The position numbers were made by a program, and so were the translations under genes. Positions 13,589 through 25,871 of a stretch of DNA of 64,000 nt are shown in pieces; position 1 is the stretch's first letter; every line of letters begins with the position of its first letter. The notes below the pieces were generated by a model. That model saw only the letters and a program-made list of their open reading frames with translations, ran no database searches and was not told the origin of the DNA. The DNA lies in contig MU058540.1 of NCBI GenBank assembly GCA_013265495.1, forward strand, positions 1,885,696-1,949,695, given 5' to 3'. Source of the DNA: Vicugna vicugna (lineage: Eukaryota).

Positions 13589-16380
13589 GGACATTGACCC
13601 ACTTGAGAGCCTGGTCTCCCTGTGCCCTCTTTAGCCCCAGGCTCTCAGCTCCCAGCTCTTGGCCACCAAACAAAAGGTGAAATTGCATTAGTTCCTCCTT
13701 ACAAGGCCCCAGGGGTTGCTCTGGGTGAGCTCATAGCTGTTTTCATCTTTCCAGATTTGATTTGGGCTGAAATTCGCCTCTGGGCCTGTTGGCAGTGCCT
13801 GCCTGGCTTCTGGGACCTGAACCCAGGTGTCAACAGGCTGCCCTCAGTTTACTCTCAGGGTAGACTTTAGTCATTTTAGCTAATTTTTAATGTTAAAGTG
13901 TATATTAATAAAAAAAAAAACAGAGACCGATGAGAAAGTTATATGACAGAAAGAGACTGATGGGAGTAGCACTTCCAGCCCCACGCCCCAAGGGGTGAAG
14001 GTGGGGGGACCAATTTCCCGTGTATTCTTCCAGAATTTTTCATTGCACATATTCATGTGTCTTTGTATTTTTATTCTTCCTCTTTCTATCCCTTGTGGCA
14101 GTGGGGAGCACCCTAACTTAACATTTAGCTCTTTTCACTTAAGTGTGTCTTGGGCATCTTTCCACATCAGCATGTCCAGATCCACTGCATTCTTTTTTTA
14201 AACATTTTTTGCTGTACATATGATATATGTATAGCTTAACTGATAGTTTTCCAGCAAACATTCATATAACTAGACATTAAAATGCCTTAGATTTATCAAA
14301 TGAACAGTGGCTTATAAAACATCTTCACAGCTGTTTTCTGGTGTGATCCTCATATCCCTGTGGGGAAGAGACCAGAAGAAATTTTTTGAAGATTAGATAC
14401 TCTGTGAGCAGTGAGGTGTGAGAGAGGTTGGTGCTCATTTAATGAAGAGTGAAAGAGAGTCTTTCCTTTGAGAGACTTAGCTGTTTGGGGAATTGGATCT
14501 AGAGGTGAACACACATCTACCCAGAAAGAGCATGCGAAGCAACATCTGTGGGGTGAACGTGGTGGGTGGCAGATGCTGTGGGGGCAAGTGTGTTAAAAGG
14601 GAATGGAACTTGAACCAAATCTTTGAAAAAAGAGGCGAGGTAGGAATGAGACCAGTGAAAAAGGGAGGGCATTTCCAGCAGGGTAGCAGCATGGGCAGAG
14701 GCACGGAGGATGCAGACGTGGCAGAGTTTCAGGGCCTCCTGAGCACTCTTCCTTCCTTTCACCACCGCCCTGGTCTAATCATTCAGTCAGTACCTGCTCT
14801 GTGCCCAGCACTTTTGGGTCCAGAGAGCAGCAGAAACGACTTGGTGCCTGCCCTCCATGGGCTCTCAAACTCCAGCCAGGAGATGCTGGATGTGCAACAG
14901 GCGAAGCTAATGATGATAGAGATCAGTGTAGTGGCTACCTCTTACTGGGGGCATTGACAGGGAAGGGCATGAAGAACCTTTGGGGCTGCTGAAAGTGTTT
15001 GCTCTCTTGGGCTGGGTGATGATTTTGTGGAATATATAAATGTAAGACTTCATGGAACTTCATACTTAAGACTTAGACACAGCTTTCACACTCCTAACTG
15101 TGGGTATGTTATACCCCTGTTATAAAGCAAGCAAGAAAATAAATAGCACATCCCCTTATTAAATAAGTAAAATGCAATAGTTAGAAAGTGTGGAAAGGGC
15201 TGTGCTTGGACAAATACAGAGACTTTAGGAGCATACTGCAGGAGGCTTATCTGAGGAAGTGATATAAGCTGCGATTTGAAGAATGAGGAGGTGTTAGTTT
15301 AAGAAGGGGGTGACATGTCCCCGGTGGAAGGAACAGCCTGTGCTGGGAAGTTCAGGATGAACAGAGTTCTGAAGGGATGAGAGAGAGATTCAGACTCTCA
15401 CCTTCTCTCACTGTGTTGTTCTAGAAGCCCCCTAGTGAGTCTCTCTGCCTCTCTCTGCTCTGACTGCCCTCCCTCTTGCCTTTAAGAGTTAAGTCCACCC
15501 TTAGGAATCAGGAAGTCAAGGCTGGCCATGTCCAGGCCCCTTATCTGTCCTTCAGAGAACTGGACGACCTAGCCAGAGGGACAGCTCGCCATTCCCAGAT
15601 GTGCTCTGTGTTCTCAGCGCCTCGCTTGGCTCACCTTGGCCTTCCTTCCCTGGGAGTGCCTCGCCCAGCCTTCTGGCCCTGCATCTCCTGAGTTGGAAAT
15701 ATTTCTTCCTTCAAAGTGCGCACCTCTTGTGTGGCCTCCATCATACGCTGTTTGTATTCTGGCCCTCTTCAAAGGCAGTCTCTATCTTACTCCTTTTGGC
15801 ATCTCCCCTGTAGGACTGTTGTACATAGTTCCCAAATCATTCCTATAAATGAATTTTCAATTGACTGGGGCTCTGGCTGGAGGTAGGTTGGAAGAGTGCC
15901 ATGGGGATCATGGCAAAGGCAGCCTGGGGAAGTGGCAAGAATTCTGGTGCTTCCAAATTCCCGACAGTTGTTAACTTTCAGAATTCCCGAAGAAGGAATA
16001 GAATTTCCCGGGAATTCCCAGAATCGTAAATTATGCTATATCTTTATTTGTGAATTTTTAAATAAGAATGAGAGACAATAATAAATTATTATTTTTTGTG
16101 ATAAAATTTTGGTGGTTTTGCTGTAAAAGAAAATTAAAAGATATAATTGTAAATGCATGGTTTATTATTATTAGCAACAATATACTGTGACAAGATTATA
16201 TATTTTAACATGTAAAAATGATTTCTACCTGACAGATATTTTTTCTTTTTTTGATACAGATATTTGATAACATTAAATGTTAAAGGAAGAAAACATTAAC
16301 ACAAAATGAATGCTAAATAAAAATCATTTAATGATTTAAGGATAATACCACAAATATTAATTATTTAAAAGTTATTCTTT

Positions 16381-16504
16381 TTGGGGGGAGTAATTAGGTT
16401 ATTATTTATTTATTTATTTATTTTAATGGAGGTACTGGAGATTGAACCCAGGATCTTGTGCATGCTAAGTAGGCACTCTACCACGGAGCTGTAACCTTCC
16501 CCCC
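16381..16504 (-). mobile_element. tRNA-derived camelid-type SINE (Vic-1-like) with 16-bp TSD
   Basis: Reverse complement has A box, B box (GGTTCAATC) and aataaataa...acctaattac tail; perfect TSD ttaaaagttattcttt at 16365-16380 and 16505-16520. Confidence 0.9.
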
Positions 16505-16534
16505 TTAAAAGTTATTCTTTAACTGAAATTAAAA

Positions 16535-16900
16535 ATTTTTATTTTAAAATTTCCAGACACTAAAATTCACCGTTTTTGGTGTGCCGTTCTGTGAGCTTTG
16601 GCAAATTCATAGTAATTAACCACTGCAATAATCCAGATAAAGAACTGTGCCGTCACCCCCTAAAAACGATGAAATTCCCTTGTGCTGCTCCTTTGTAGTC
16701 AAACCTCCCCATATCATTAACCCCGATCAGTTCTCTCTTCCTGTAGTTTTGCCTTTTCCAGAATGTCATATAGATGGAATCACAAACTGTGCAGCCTTCT
16801 GAGTCTTTCATGCTTAGTGTAATATATTGAACTTCTTCATCCATAGTTGTTGCATATATCAGTAGTGTCGGTATCATTTCTTTTTTAAGTGATGAAAACA
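16535..16900 (-). mobile_element. Old LINE-1 3' end fragment
   Basis: ttttgccttttccagaatgtcatatagatggaatcac motif of L1M 3' ends; boundaries approximate. Confidence 0.7.
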
Positions 16901-19900
16901 CTTTGCTTATCCCAGTTTTGGTTTAGTTGTTGCTTTTACTAATCAATATTGCTTTTACTAACTCAGATTTTTAGATCAGTTTCTGATTTTGTGTCCTAGA
17001 ATTCCACATACTCACATCTTTTCTTTGTATTTCTCCTGTAGCTAATATCAAATGCTAGAAAATGCCAGTGAACATTATTGGGTGGTATTTTAATAACCTG
17101 ACAGTTGGATTTCCTAACAAAGTTAACAGCACCAAACAGAATCACGTGTCTAAGTGCCAATTTAAGGACTTACTTTGCTTCCAAACTTATTTCTTAGAAT
17201 ACCACTGGGAGGATTTGTGTATATTCTGTAAATAAATATATTGATATATATTTACAAGAATGACTCTGTTAGCAGAAAAGGCCATGAACACGCACTTAGA
17301 ACATGGCAGTGGCTTCAATTAGAATTGTAACCACTTCTCTCCTGTGTACTCCTGTCCTGGTTCTCAGAGATGTTAGCTTTAACCTTCAACTCTGCATATT
17401 AGTCTCTTACTCTTGATTTGACTTAAGCTAGTAGAATCCTTAGAACCAGTAACATCTCTAGCTTGATTGTTAAGCTTTAATTCTCACTAAGGATTATAAT
17501 ACCTTTTACCAGTTTCTCAATTGATGTTTCTCAGGTTTGGGGATTCAGTAAAACATAAATTTCCCAAAAAAAATGTTGGGAGGGAAGTCTTGCATAGAAA
17601 TACTAGTCGAAAGATGTCACTAGATAGGACTTGATGAAAACAAGGTGTTGTCAGGTTCCCTGGAAGGTAAGCTCCACAGGGCAGCTGCTCATCCATCACA
17701 GTATCTCTGGGACCCCACTTGGCACCTGACCCAAGTTGGGGGCTCCATGAAAGTTGCTGTCTGAACAAATGGGTTTCTAGCCGATGGCTGTTTGGAAGCA
17801 GTGTGTAAACATTGTTAGCTGGTGAAAATGATTTGGGTTGTAGAGGCTTATGGAGGTTTGTGGAAGAAGAGCTTAGAAAACTCTATGAGATCCCTGTTGT
17901 GCCAAGCCTTGACCAACATGCACAGAAGCTTGGATTTTTAGTCTGGACACTGGGGAGAGAACTGAACTTGGTACAACTGAGTCTTTGTTGGCTCAGAGCC
18001 ATGGGATAAGCTGAAAGCAGAATAACCTTTTTCCTCTCTATTTTTTATCTTAAAAAAGGTCAAAGCAACAGAAGAGTTGAAAGTACAGTGAACAGTTATT
18101 TCCTTCACCAAGGATCACCAATTGTTAACAGTGTCACATTTGCTTAACATTATGTCATAGATGGACCATGTTTCATATTTTTCTGATTGTTTCCTTGCAG
18201 TTAGGTTTGGGTTAACATCTTTGAACCTATGGGAACCCACACAGGTGATGAGTGCTTCCTGTTAATTCATGCCAGGAGGCATGATGATGCCTGTTAAATG
18301 TGATGCTGATTGACTTCAGTCAGCTGGTAAACTTGGTGTCTATGAAGGCTACTTTTGTTTTAAGGCAGAGAACTTTGGAACTTTTCACTGACGTTTGGGA
18401 ATAGCTGACAGCCATTTTGGAAAAGAGACTCTCTATCAGTTGTACCTGCTATTGGGAAACATCTTGGTGTGGTCAAACAAGCCTTGGGAGCCAGGAAACC
18501 AGGATTTTGGACTGAGCTCTACAGCCGTCTCTCCAGGTGACTGTAGACAAGTTGTGTCCTCTCCCTGGGCTGAGCTCTTGTACATATAAAGAAATTGTTA
18601 CTCAGAGAAGTGAAGCAGTTTGCCCAAGGCCAATCAGCTAGTGAGTGGCAGAGCTGGGATTCAAACCCAGTTCTGTTTGAGCCAGAGCACTGCCCTTGCC
18701 CTAGTGCTGGTCCGCCTCCTTTAAGGTGGCTGGTCATCCTTCAGGTGACACCAGGCACTGGTGCTCAGAAGCATGCAGACAACACCCCCCTCATAGGATC
18801 TGAGGTGCAAGGCAAGAGGGGGTTCCTCTCCCGCACGTGGCAGGCTACTCTTTAGGAAGCCCGGGCGCCAGGGCAGGCTGGTAGGCAGGCTGCTGGGCAC
18901 TCCTCAGCCATCCTTAGAATAAAGGCCGTGCGGGGTTACAGAGGTGAGCTGATCGTGCAGGTCCAGCCCCGCCTGCCCAGACAGGAAAGTGCCAGCCACA
19001 CATCCCTGGCCTTGGCCCAGGTTAGGGTCGGTGCCCAGGATCCCCAGATTGGCCTGTGAAGCCTCAGGGCGGCCCAGGCAAATGGGGACAGGCACTGCCC
19101 CCATCTGCCTGGGTTCCTGGGGGGAGGGAGGGAAACAGGAAGTGTTAATCCGGGAAAGGTGTGCAGAGCCTGGCTCAGCAGGTCACCGTGGGTGGGGAGA
19201 CACCGCCCACTTACTCTGGTTGCCCGAGCGAGGATTTGGGTGAAGGTTCTGGAGGAGGCAGCTGGAGAGGAGGGCCGTGGTGGTGACTCCAGGACCGCTC
19301 CTGCCGGCCTCATTCACAGTCAGTGGCTCCTGAGCAGCCGTGAGTAGTGTCTGTCCTCCTGCTTCCCTTGTGTCCTTCCCGGGAGCAGTTGTTTTGAGGA
19401 AAACAGTGGCTCCAGCTCGATCCGGATGTGGTTTGTCAAAGCCACGTTTTCCTGTTGCTGTAGGGCTGAGGGGCCGGGAGAGTCAGCCTGCCCAAGTTCC
19501 AGCCGCTTCTTCCTGCGCTGTTCGTCCTCAGAGGCCCCCAGGGAAGGGACTGAATTCAGGACCAGGGCCAAAGCGGCCTGACCAAGAGCAGGCTGTGCTG
19601 TGTGGGCCCTGACGGGAATTCTCAGAGGTTCTGCCCCTGGGTTGTAGCCTCCTCGGGGCCCTGCCTCTCGGAGAGACCCCCAGGGCCCTGGCGCCAGATG
19701 GGCAGGGGCAGAGAGGACCCCCCCCCCAAGAGGGAAAGCAGTGTTTACAGAGTCCCCATCTGCACTGATTGTGACCCTCAGGGAACAGCAGCAGTGCTTT
19801 GATTCTTTTGAGGAAGCCCATTCTAGCCTCCTGCCAGATGAGGCTGAAATCCTTGCTGGGAGCCTGACATGACCCAACGTGTGAGGCCTTCCACTCTCTG

Positions 19901-22900
19901 AACGAGTTCCCCAAGTGTTACTCAGTCACTCAGTGCTGGCATTTCTCCATCTCGTCCCGCACACTCCTCCTCCTGGCTCTTAGTCCTGAGGAGGGAGACT
20001 GCAGTTGTTTTTGACCGGCTTTCTTCCTGAGAGCTCTTGCAGGCTGTCATGCAGGTGTCAAATCCAGAAGCTGCTGTCAGGATGATAGGAGAATTAGAAG
20101 GTGAGGGTATGGGCCAATTTTCTGACTCTCCAAGGTGCTTTGATGTTTAAAAAGTCTGTCCCTGAGATTTGAATATTCTTGGGTTTTCTTGTCCTTTCAC
20201 TCCCTCAACTCTGGTTCTCCTTTTCCTCTTTGGCAGACTCTGCGCTTTCCAAATATTTGTTAACTAGGCCCTTATCTGGAACCCTAGAAAGCAACCATAC
20301 AGTGTGCACTTGAAAAGGAAAGGAGAATAAAAAACAACACAGAAACTTTGATATCCACCACCAGACCAGGCGAGCTTCTCTCCCTGCTGTCAGTGTTCGC
20401 CCTTAGCTCCTGAGCTGGTTTCACTCACATGCCAGCAGGAAAGCAGGAAGGTTTGGAAGGAGACTCCTGGCACTTCTACTCAGCTTCATTACAAAATGCA
20501 CTGATGCTTGTTTTAAAAACAGTTACAACTACCATCGTGTAAAAACTATTAATCTTGCACCATCTCACTCCTCCTTTCCTCTCATTCCCGACTGTTTTCC
20601 CTTCATAGCTGTGTATGTTGTCGGGCAGGCATGTGTCAGCTCTGTGTCGTAGTCAGATAAAAGGGGCGTGAGGCAGACGTGCAGTTCAGCCACTCGCTGT
20701 GTCCTCCCAGCCATGTGTCCAGCTGTCCAGCCATCCTGCCGGGGCACCACATCTGTGCCACCTGCAGGGTTGGCAGAGAATTCCATGATGTGCATGTGCC
20801 AGAATGTTGTGTCTAGAGATAGACTTCTTCAGCTTTTCCTGCTTCACCTTGCTACTCTCTAAAATAATGATATCTGATGTTTGTATCCTGCTTTTAAAAC
20901 CTTTATTTTGCTTACTAAACACAGCACATATTCATTATAGGAAATTTAGAAAAATCAGATAAGCCATAAGAAGAAATAAAAATTACCCCAGGGGATAACC
21001 ATCATTAGCATTTTGGCATGTAAATTATATAATACAAGTGTTTTTTATATGTTGTATCTCGTCCCAGCCTAGCTGCCTTTATTAGGGAAGGCATATGGAT
21101 GAAAGTCCCATCTTCCCATCTTTCCCAGATGGGAAGACTGAGCCACAGAGAGGTCAGGAGGCTGCCCAGAGGTACATAGCATAGTGAAGACAGAGTTGGG
21201 AGTATCCTGTCATGCAGTCCAGCACTGATGCTCTCTCCACTGTATCCCACCACCTTCTCGTTTCCAGATAGAGAGGAGTCACGCCAGGGTCTGGATTTCA
21301 GCAGGGCCTGGGCAGCTGCTAAAATTTGTTGAATTGTCTCATCCAAAGGTTAATAAACGCCTAGAAGAGAGCATCTCGTGACACTTGGCGCCTCATTGAC
21401 TTAGGAGAAAAGCAAGAAGGACCATGATTGCTTCTGAGATTTAAAGTGTTGCCCTTCCAGCACTTAGCATGCTTACTGGGTTTTCAGGAGCCACCGCCAG
21501 AGAGGACGTGATAAACCAGTTAATGACAAACATTGCAGTACTGGAGAGGCTTCGCCTGGAGAAGATGGCTTTGGGGAGGAGGAAGGTGCAGGCCGAGAGA
21601 TCGGGCAGGACAGGACCAGGAATGGAAGTTAGTTGGAGGGAGGGTCTACTCGCCAGGATACGGGAGACTGTTTAGCAGGAGAGGGGTTCGGGAGTGGAAG
21701 CGAGAAGCAGTACTGTGGAGTGGGTGAGCACTCCCACCCTGCAGGCCTTTTCTGGTTCCCGCCACCCCACCCTGGTCTGCTGTGTCCCTCTCCTGGGCCT
21801 CGGATCCTGCATTTCCCCTGCCTAGAACACCCTACCCCTCAGTGTGTGTAAACAAAAGTCATCTGCCCACTCCTTGATTTTATTTTCTTCTCTGAACCCT
21901 TAAGTGTTTTCTCTAATGAGCGAATTTTACTTTAAGATCATTTCTGGATGACCCAGCATTCCTCAGCCTTGACCCTTCCCTGAGGCCTCCAGCAAGAGGC
22001 CATTTCCTCCTCCTGAGGACTCAGCCACCCTCCTCCCTTCCCCTGTTTGTGTACAGCCTTTCCCGTGGTGGGTACAGGTACTAGTCTTATCTTCCTCCTG
22101 GGCTGAAGGAGTAAAGTGTAAACACTTTAAAGCCTCTTGAGGATTTGTCACCACTTCCCCACCCTGGCCCTGAGAGGAGCTGAGGCCTGTGAGTCTGGAG
22201 CCTGGGCCTCCTTCCACTGGATTCTATTCTCGGGGCCTGCTCCCTACAAGGATTTTAGAGTCAGAGGGGGTTGACACACGTCACACTCCCTCCCCCCAGG
22301 GAAAATTAAGCCAAGAAGAATGAACCACCTACCCAAAAGTCACCTAGCAGAAAGAGCAAAAGAGCCAGCCCTGCCACAGCTGGGCCCCCTCAGCCAGCTG
22401 CTTCTGGACTCCAAGTTTTCCCCTCCACACCATTTCTTCCAATTGATCTAATCCTGATAAGCTCCTCTTTTGACTGGAATGGTCCAGAGAGCAGGCTTTG
22501 ATGCCCCTGGAATACCGAAACCCAGGCTGCGTGCTTCAGGCTGGTCTGGGAATGAAACTTTTTTCCAGTTGTAAAAAGTTACTCATTTATTCAGCAAGAT
22601 TTAAGTTACTGTTTGCCAGTCACTCCTCCCTAAGACTTGAGGGTCAGTGTGATTCTAACAGATGAAAATCTCTGCCCTCTGGAGTTTATATCCTTTTGGG
22701 GAGAGACAAACAGTAAACAAATGAGTTTTTTAAAAATACATGTACATGTGCATAGGTACATAATGTACATGTGTGTTCACACATATGTACTCATATCCCA
22801 GGTAGCAGTAAGAGCCACGGAGAAAACTGAAGCAGGAAAGCAACATGGAAGTACTGAAGGGTGGGCCGGGGTGGTTTTAAATAGGGTGATCAGGTTGTGA

Positions 22901-25741
22901 CATGTGAACAAAGCCCTGAGGAGGTGAGGCAGCAAGCTGTTTTCAACTGAAGGGAACAGCTACAAAGGCCCTGAGGCAAGATAGCCTGCTGTGTTCGAGA
23001 GCTCCTCTCACTGGGTGGATTAAATGAGGTTATGTACGTGAAGGCCCTTGGTGAACTTTAAAGGGCTGACTGATGTCCAGGAGGGTGCAGAGCCCTCCTT
23101 CCACTCTGATCTCTTCTCTGGGCACATTCTCAGGAGTTCACTGAGGCCAGCTTTTCCTTTTAGTTCAGCTTAGCTCCACTCCACAGGGCTGAGGGGCTGA
23201 TTCTCCATGGAACTGGAAGAATTCTAGAATGTGAGGGGTGGAGTGGCCTCCTGGCTGGCTTTTCTCTGGTTCACATGCTCTCTGAACAAAATCAGCCCCC
23301 AGTCCACTCCTGGGAGTTGGCCTCTGGTGACTTGCTGAGGTGAGTCCATTCCAAGGCCACACAGGCCTCTTGTGCCCCGAGGGGAGTAGGGTGATCTGAA
23401 TTGACAAATGAGGATCCGAGCGCACCGTGGAGTTGCTGGTGTGGAAAACCAGGGCACTGAGTCAGAATGGGATTAATGATTGATAGGGAAGTTTTGGGGG
23501 GAATCAGCCAGCCCCTTCTCCCGTGGCCTCTCTCACTGCTGATCCTGCAGGCACTTGCCAGGGAGATGCAGCCTCTTCCCTTTATCCAGAGGCTGCTGTT
23601 CCTCATCCCCCTGCTGGGAAGGAAGGAGGAAATGACTGCAGCTGGGTCATCTGAGGGGGGGTGAGAGACAGGGAGAGTAGAGAAGGGTTCGGGCCCATCT
23701 CTCTGAAAGAAGCACCGGCCCAGAGCAGGGAACACCCTGTCAGTTCTCTCTTCTCACCCAGCTGATTGTACTCAGGGAATTGGGAAATTCTGGGTTTGGG
23801 TCCCTGGAATTCCAGTAGGCCAGGACAGTTCTAGACCTGGAATACCACCTTTCTCCAGGTAATCCCCTAAGACGGTCCAGCAGTGAAGATACAGCAGCAG
23901 CCACAGTCTCTGTTGGACGTTTACTGTATACTCTGCACTGTTAAGCATTTACTGTGTGGTTATTTCACCCTCATGACATCTGCTCAGGGTAGGTGGTAGT
24001 ATCCCAGTTTTAGGGCTGAGAAACTGAGAGGTTGGTGTCTCCCCCAAGTCACAGAGAGGGAGGGCCAGAGCTGGGGTTTGAACCCAAGCCTGACACAGAA
24101 GCCTGTGAAACGAACTTCCATGGGGCACTGCATCTCAAGGGCAGCAGTAAATGAAAACTGGTAAACAGTGGCACACGTTACAGCCGAACACAGTGTGACT
24201 GAGGTTAGTGTTTTTGGTTTGTTTATTCACTCAACAAGTGTACATTGAGCAACCATTAAATGCCAGCCACTGTGCCAGGTACTGGGAACCTACCTCAGCA
24301 ACCAAGATGCTTCCCACACCAGTCAAATGAGAATCTCTGAGGATGAGCCCAGACATCCATGCTTCTTAAAAGCCTCCAGTGATAGCAGTATAGCCAAGTT
24401 TGCAAGCCTGGAGTTGGATGAGAGAGGGTAGAGTCTCAAGTGACTCCTACCATCAGGCTTTGACAAGTGGGTAGATGGGCATTTGGGTCACTAAAATCAG
24501 GATTACCAGAGGAAAGGAAGGGCAGGTTTAGGGCAGGGCAGGATGGTGGGGTAGGTTGAGTTTGGGCTTGGATGTGGGACATCCAAGATAAGAACCCACA
24601 GATGATTGAATTTCCCTAAAGCAGATCTTTTCTGCTATTAATCTTCCAGGCCTGCACCGCCACAGGGCAGAGTCCAGTCACACTCCCTGCGCCCTGCAGG
24701 ACATTTGAAGTGCACGTGCCTGGATAAAACCCATTTTCCCAGCCATCTTTCCAAGTCCTCTTTCCTACAGCATCCCACTCCCCAGCCCACAGGACCCCTC
24801 ACTGTTCCTCAGTGTGCGCCTCAAGGTCTTTTCCGTGCTCTTTCCCCAAGAGACTTTCCACGTCATCGTCTTGGTCACAATCCACCCCACTCTCAGTGTC
24901 TCTCTCCTGTTCCCCTCCAGGAGGACTCTGTCCCACAGTACCTCATAATCTAACCCCCTCTGACTGTGGCATCTTCGGACAATGTTTTACTTGCTGAGAA
25001 CTGGAACTGCCTCCTCTTGGGTGATGTAGGCATGGGGGTTACCACCCAGCAACCCAGATTCCAGGACAGAGTGCATTTCCCCTGGCCTGATAGCTCTCCC
25101 ATTGAAGATCTAGTTGCAGATCTGCTGTCAAATGTGAGGCTCACATAGCAGGGGCTCATTTCTTTTTTCCACACCAAACACAGGAAGGATAGGACCCACT
25201 CCCTTCACGATTGGTGGCTTAGAAGAGCCGTAATTTTGGGGCCTGAGTGCTGGTAGGGACGGAATGGGGGTTGGGAGGTGTGACGCATATCAGGATCTCC
25301 AGGGAGACCAAAGAGTTTGAAAAAGCCCCTCAAGTCATTCTGATGTGGCTCCTGGAGGCTCAGGAGGCTCAAAGAGCAGGATGCAGGGAAAGTGGCACAG
25401 TGGTGTGTCACCCCATCTGCCGAAAAGAGACAGCTCCGAACTCCACAGACCTGCTGTGAGAGCCTGTGATGAAGGAGTCGCCCCGCTGGGATGAGGTTTC
25501 CTGCTCTGCAGGACCCCGAGCAGTGGAGCGCCCCTCTGTGGTCCCCGCAGATGATAGCCCTCAATCGTGCCTCAACTCCTGTCACCCTCTCACCCTCTCT
25601 GCTGCCTCCCCAACGTCTTCCTGTCTTCCTCTTTGCCCAGGTTGACAGGAACTGCCCTGTAGAGGTCCATCTGCGTTCAGACCCAGATGATGCCAGAGCT
25701 ATGACCGGGCCTGCAGGCGTGGCGCCGAGGGGAAATCAGCC

Positions 25742-25871
25742 ATGGAGCAGCCACCGGAGGAAGCCCCTGAGGTCCGGGAAGAGGAGGAGAAAAAGGAAGT
25801 GGCAGAGGCAGAAGGAGCCCCAGAGCTCAATGGGGGACCAGAGCACTCACTCCCTTCCAGCAGCTGCACAG
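25742..25871 (+). CDS. PPARD: PPARD first coding exon (exon starts at 25641 with 101 nt of 5' UTR)
   Basis: Polypyrimidine tract and cag acceptor ending 25640; gccATGg start context; donor g|gtgag at 25872; [11 protein letters not shown]...SSSCT. Confidence 0.97.
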
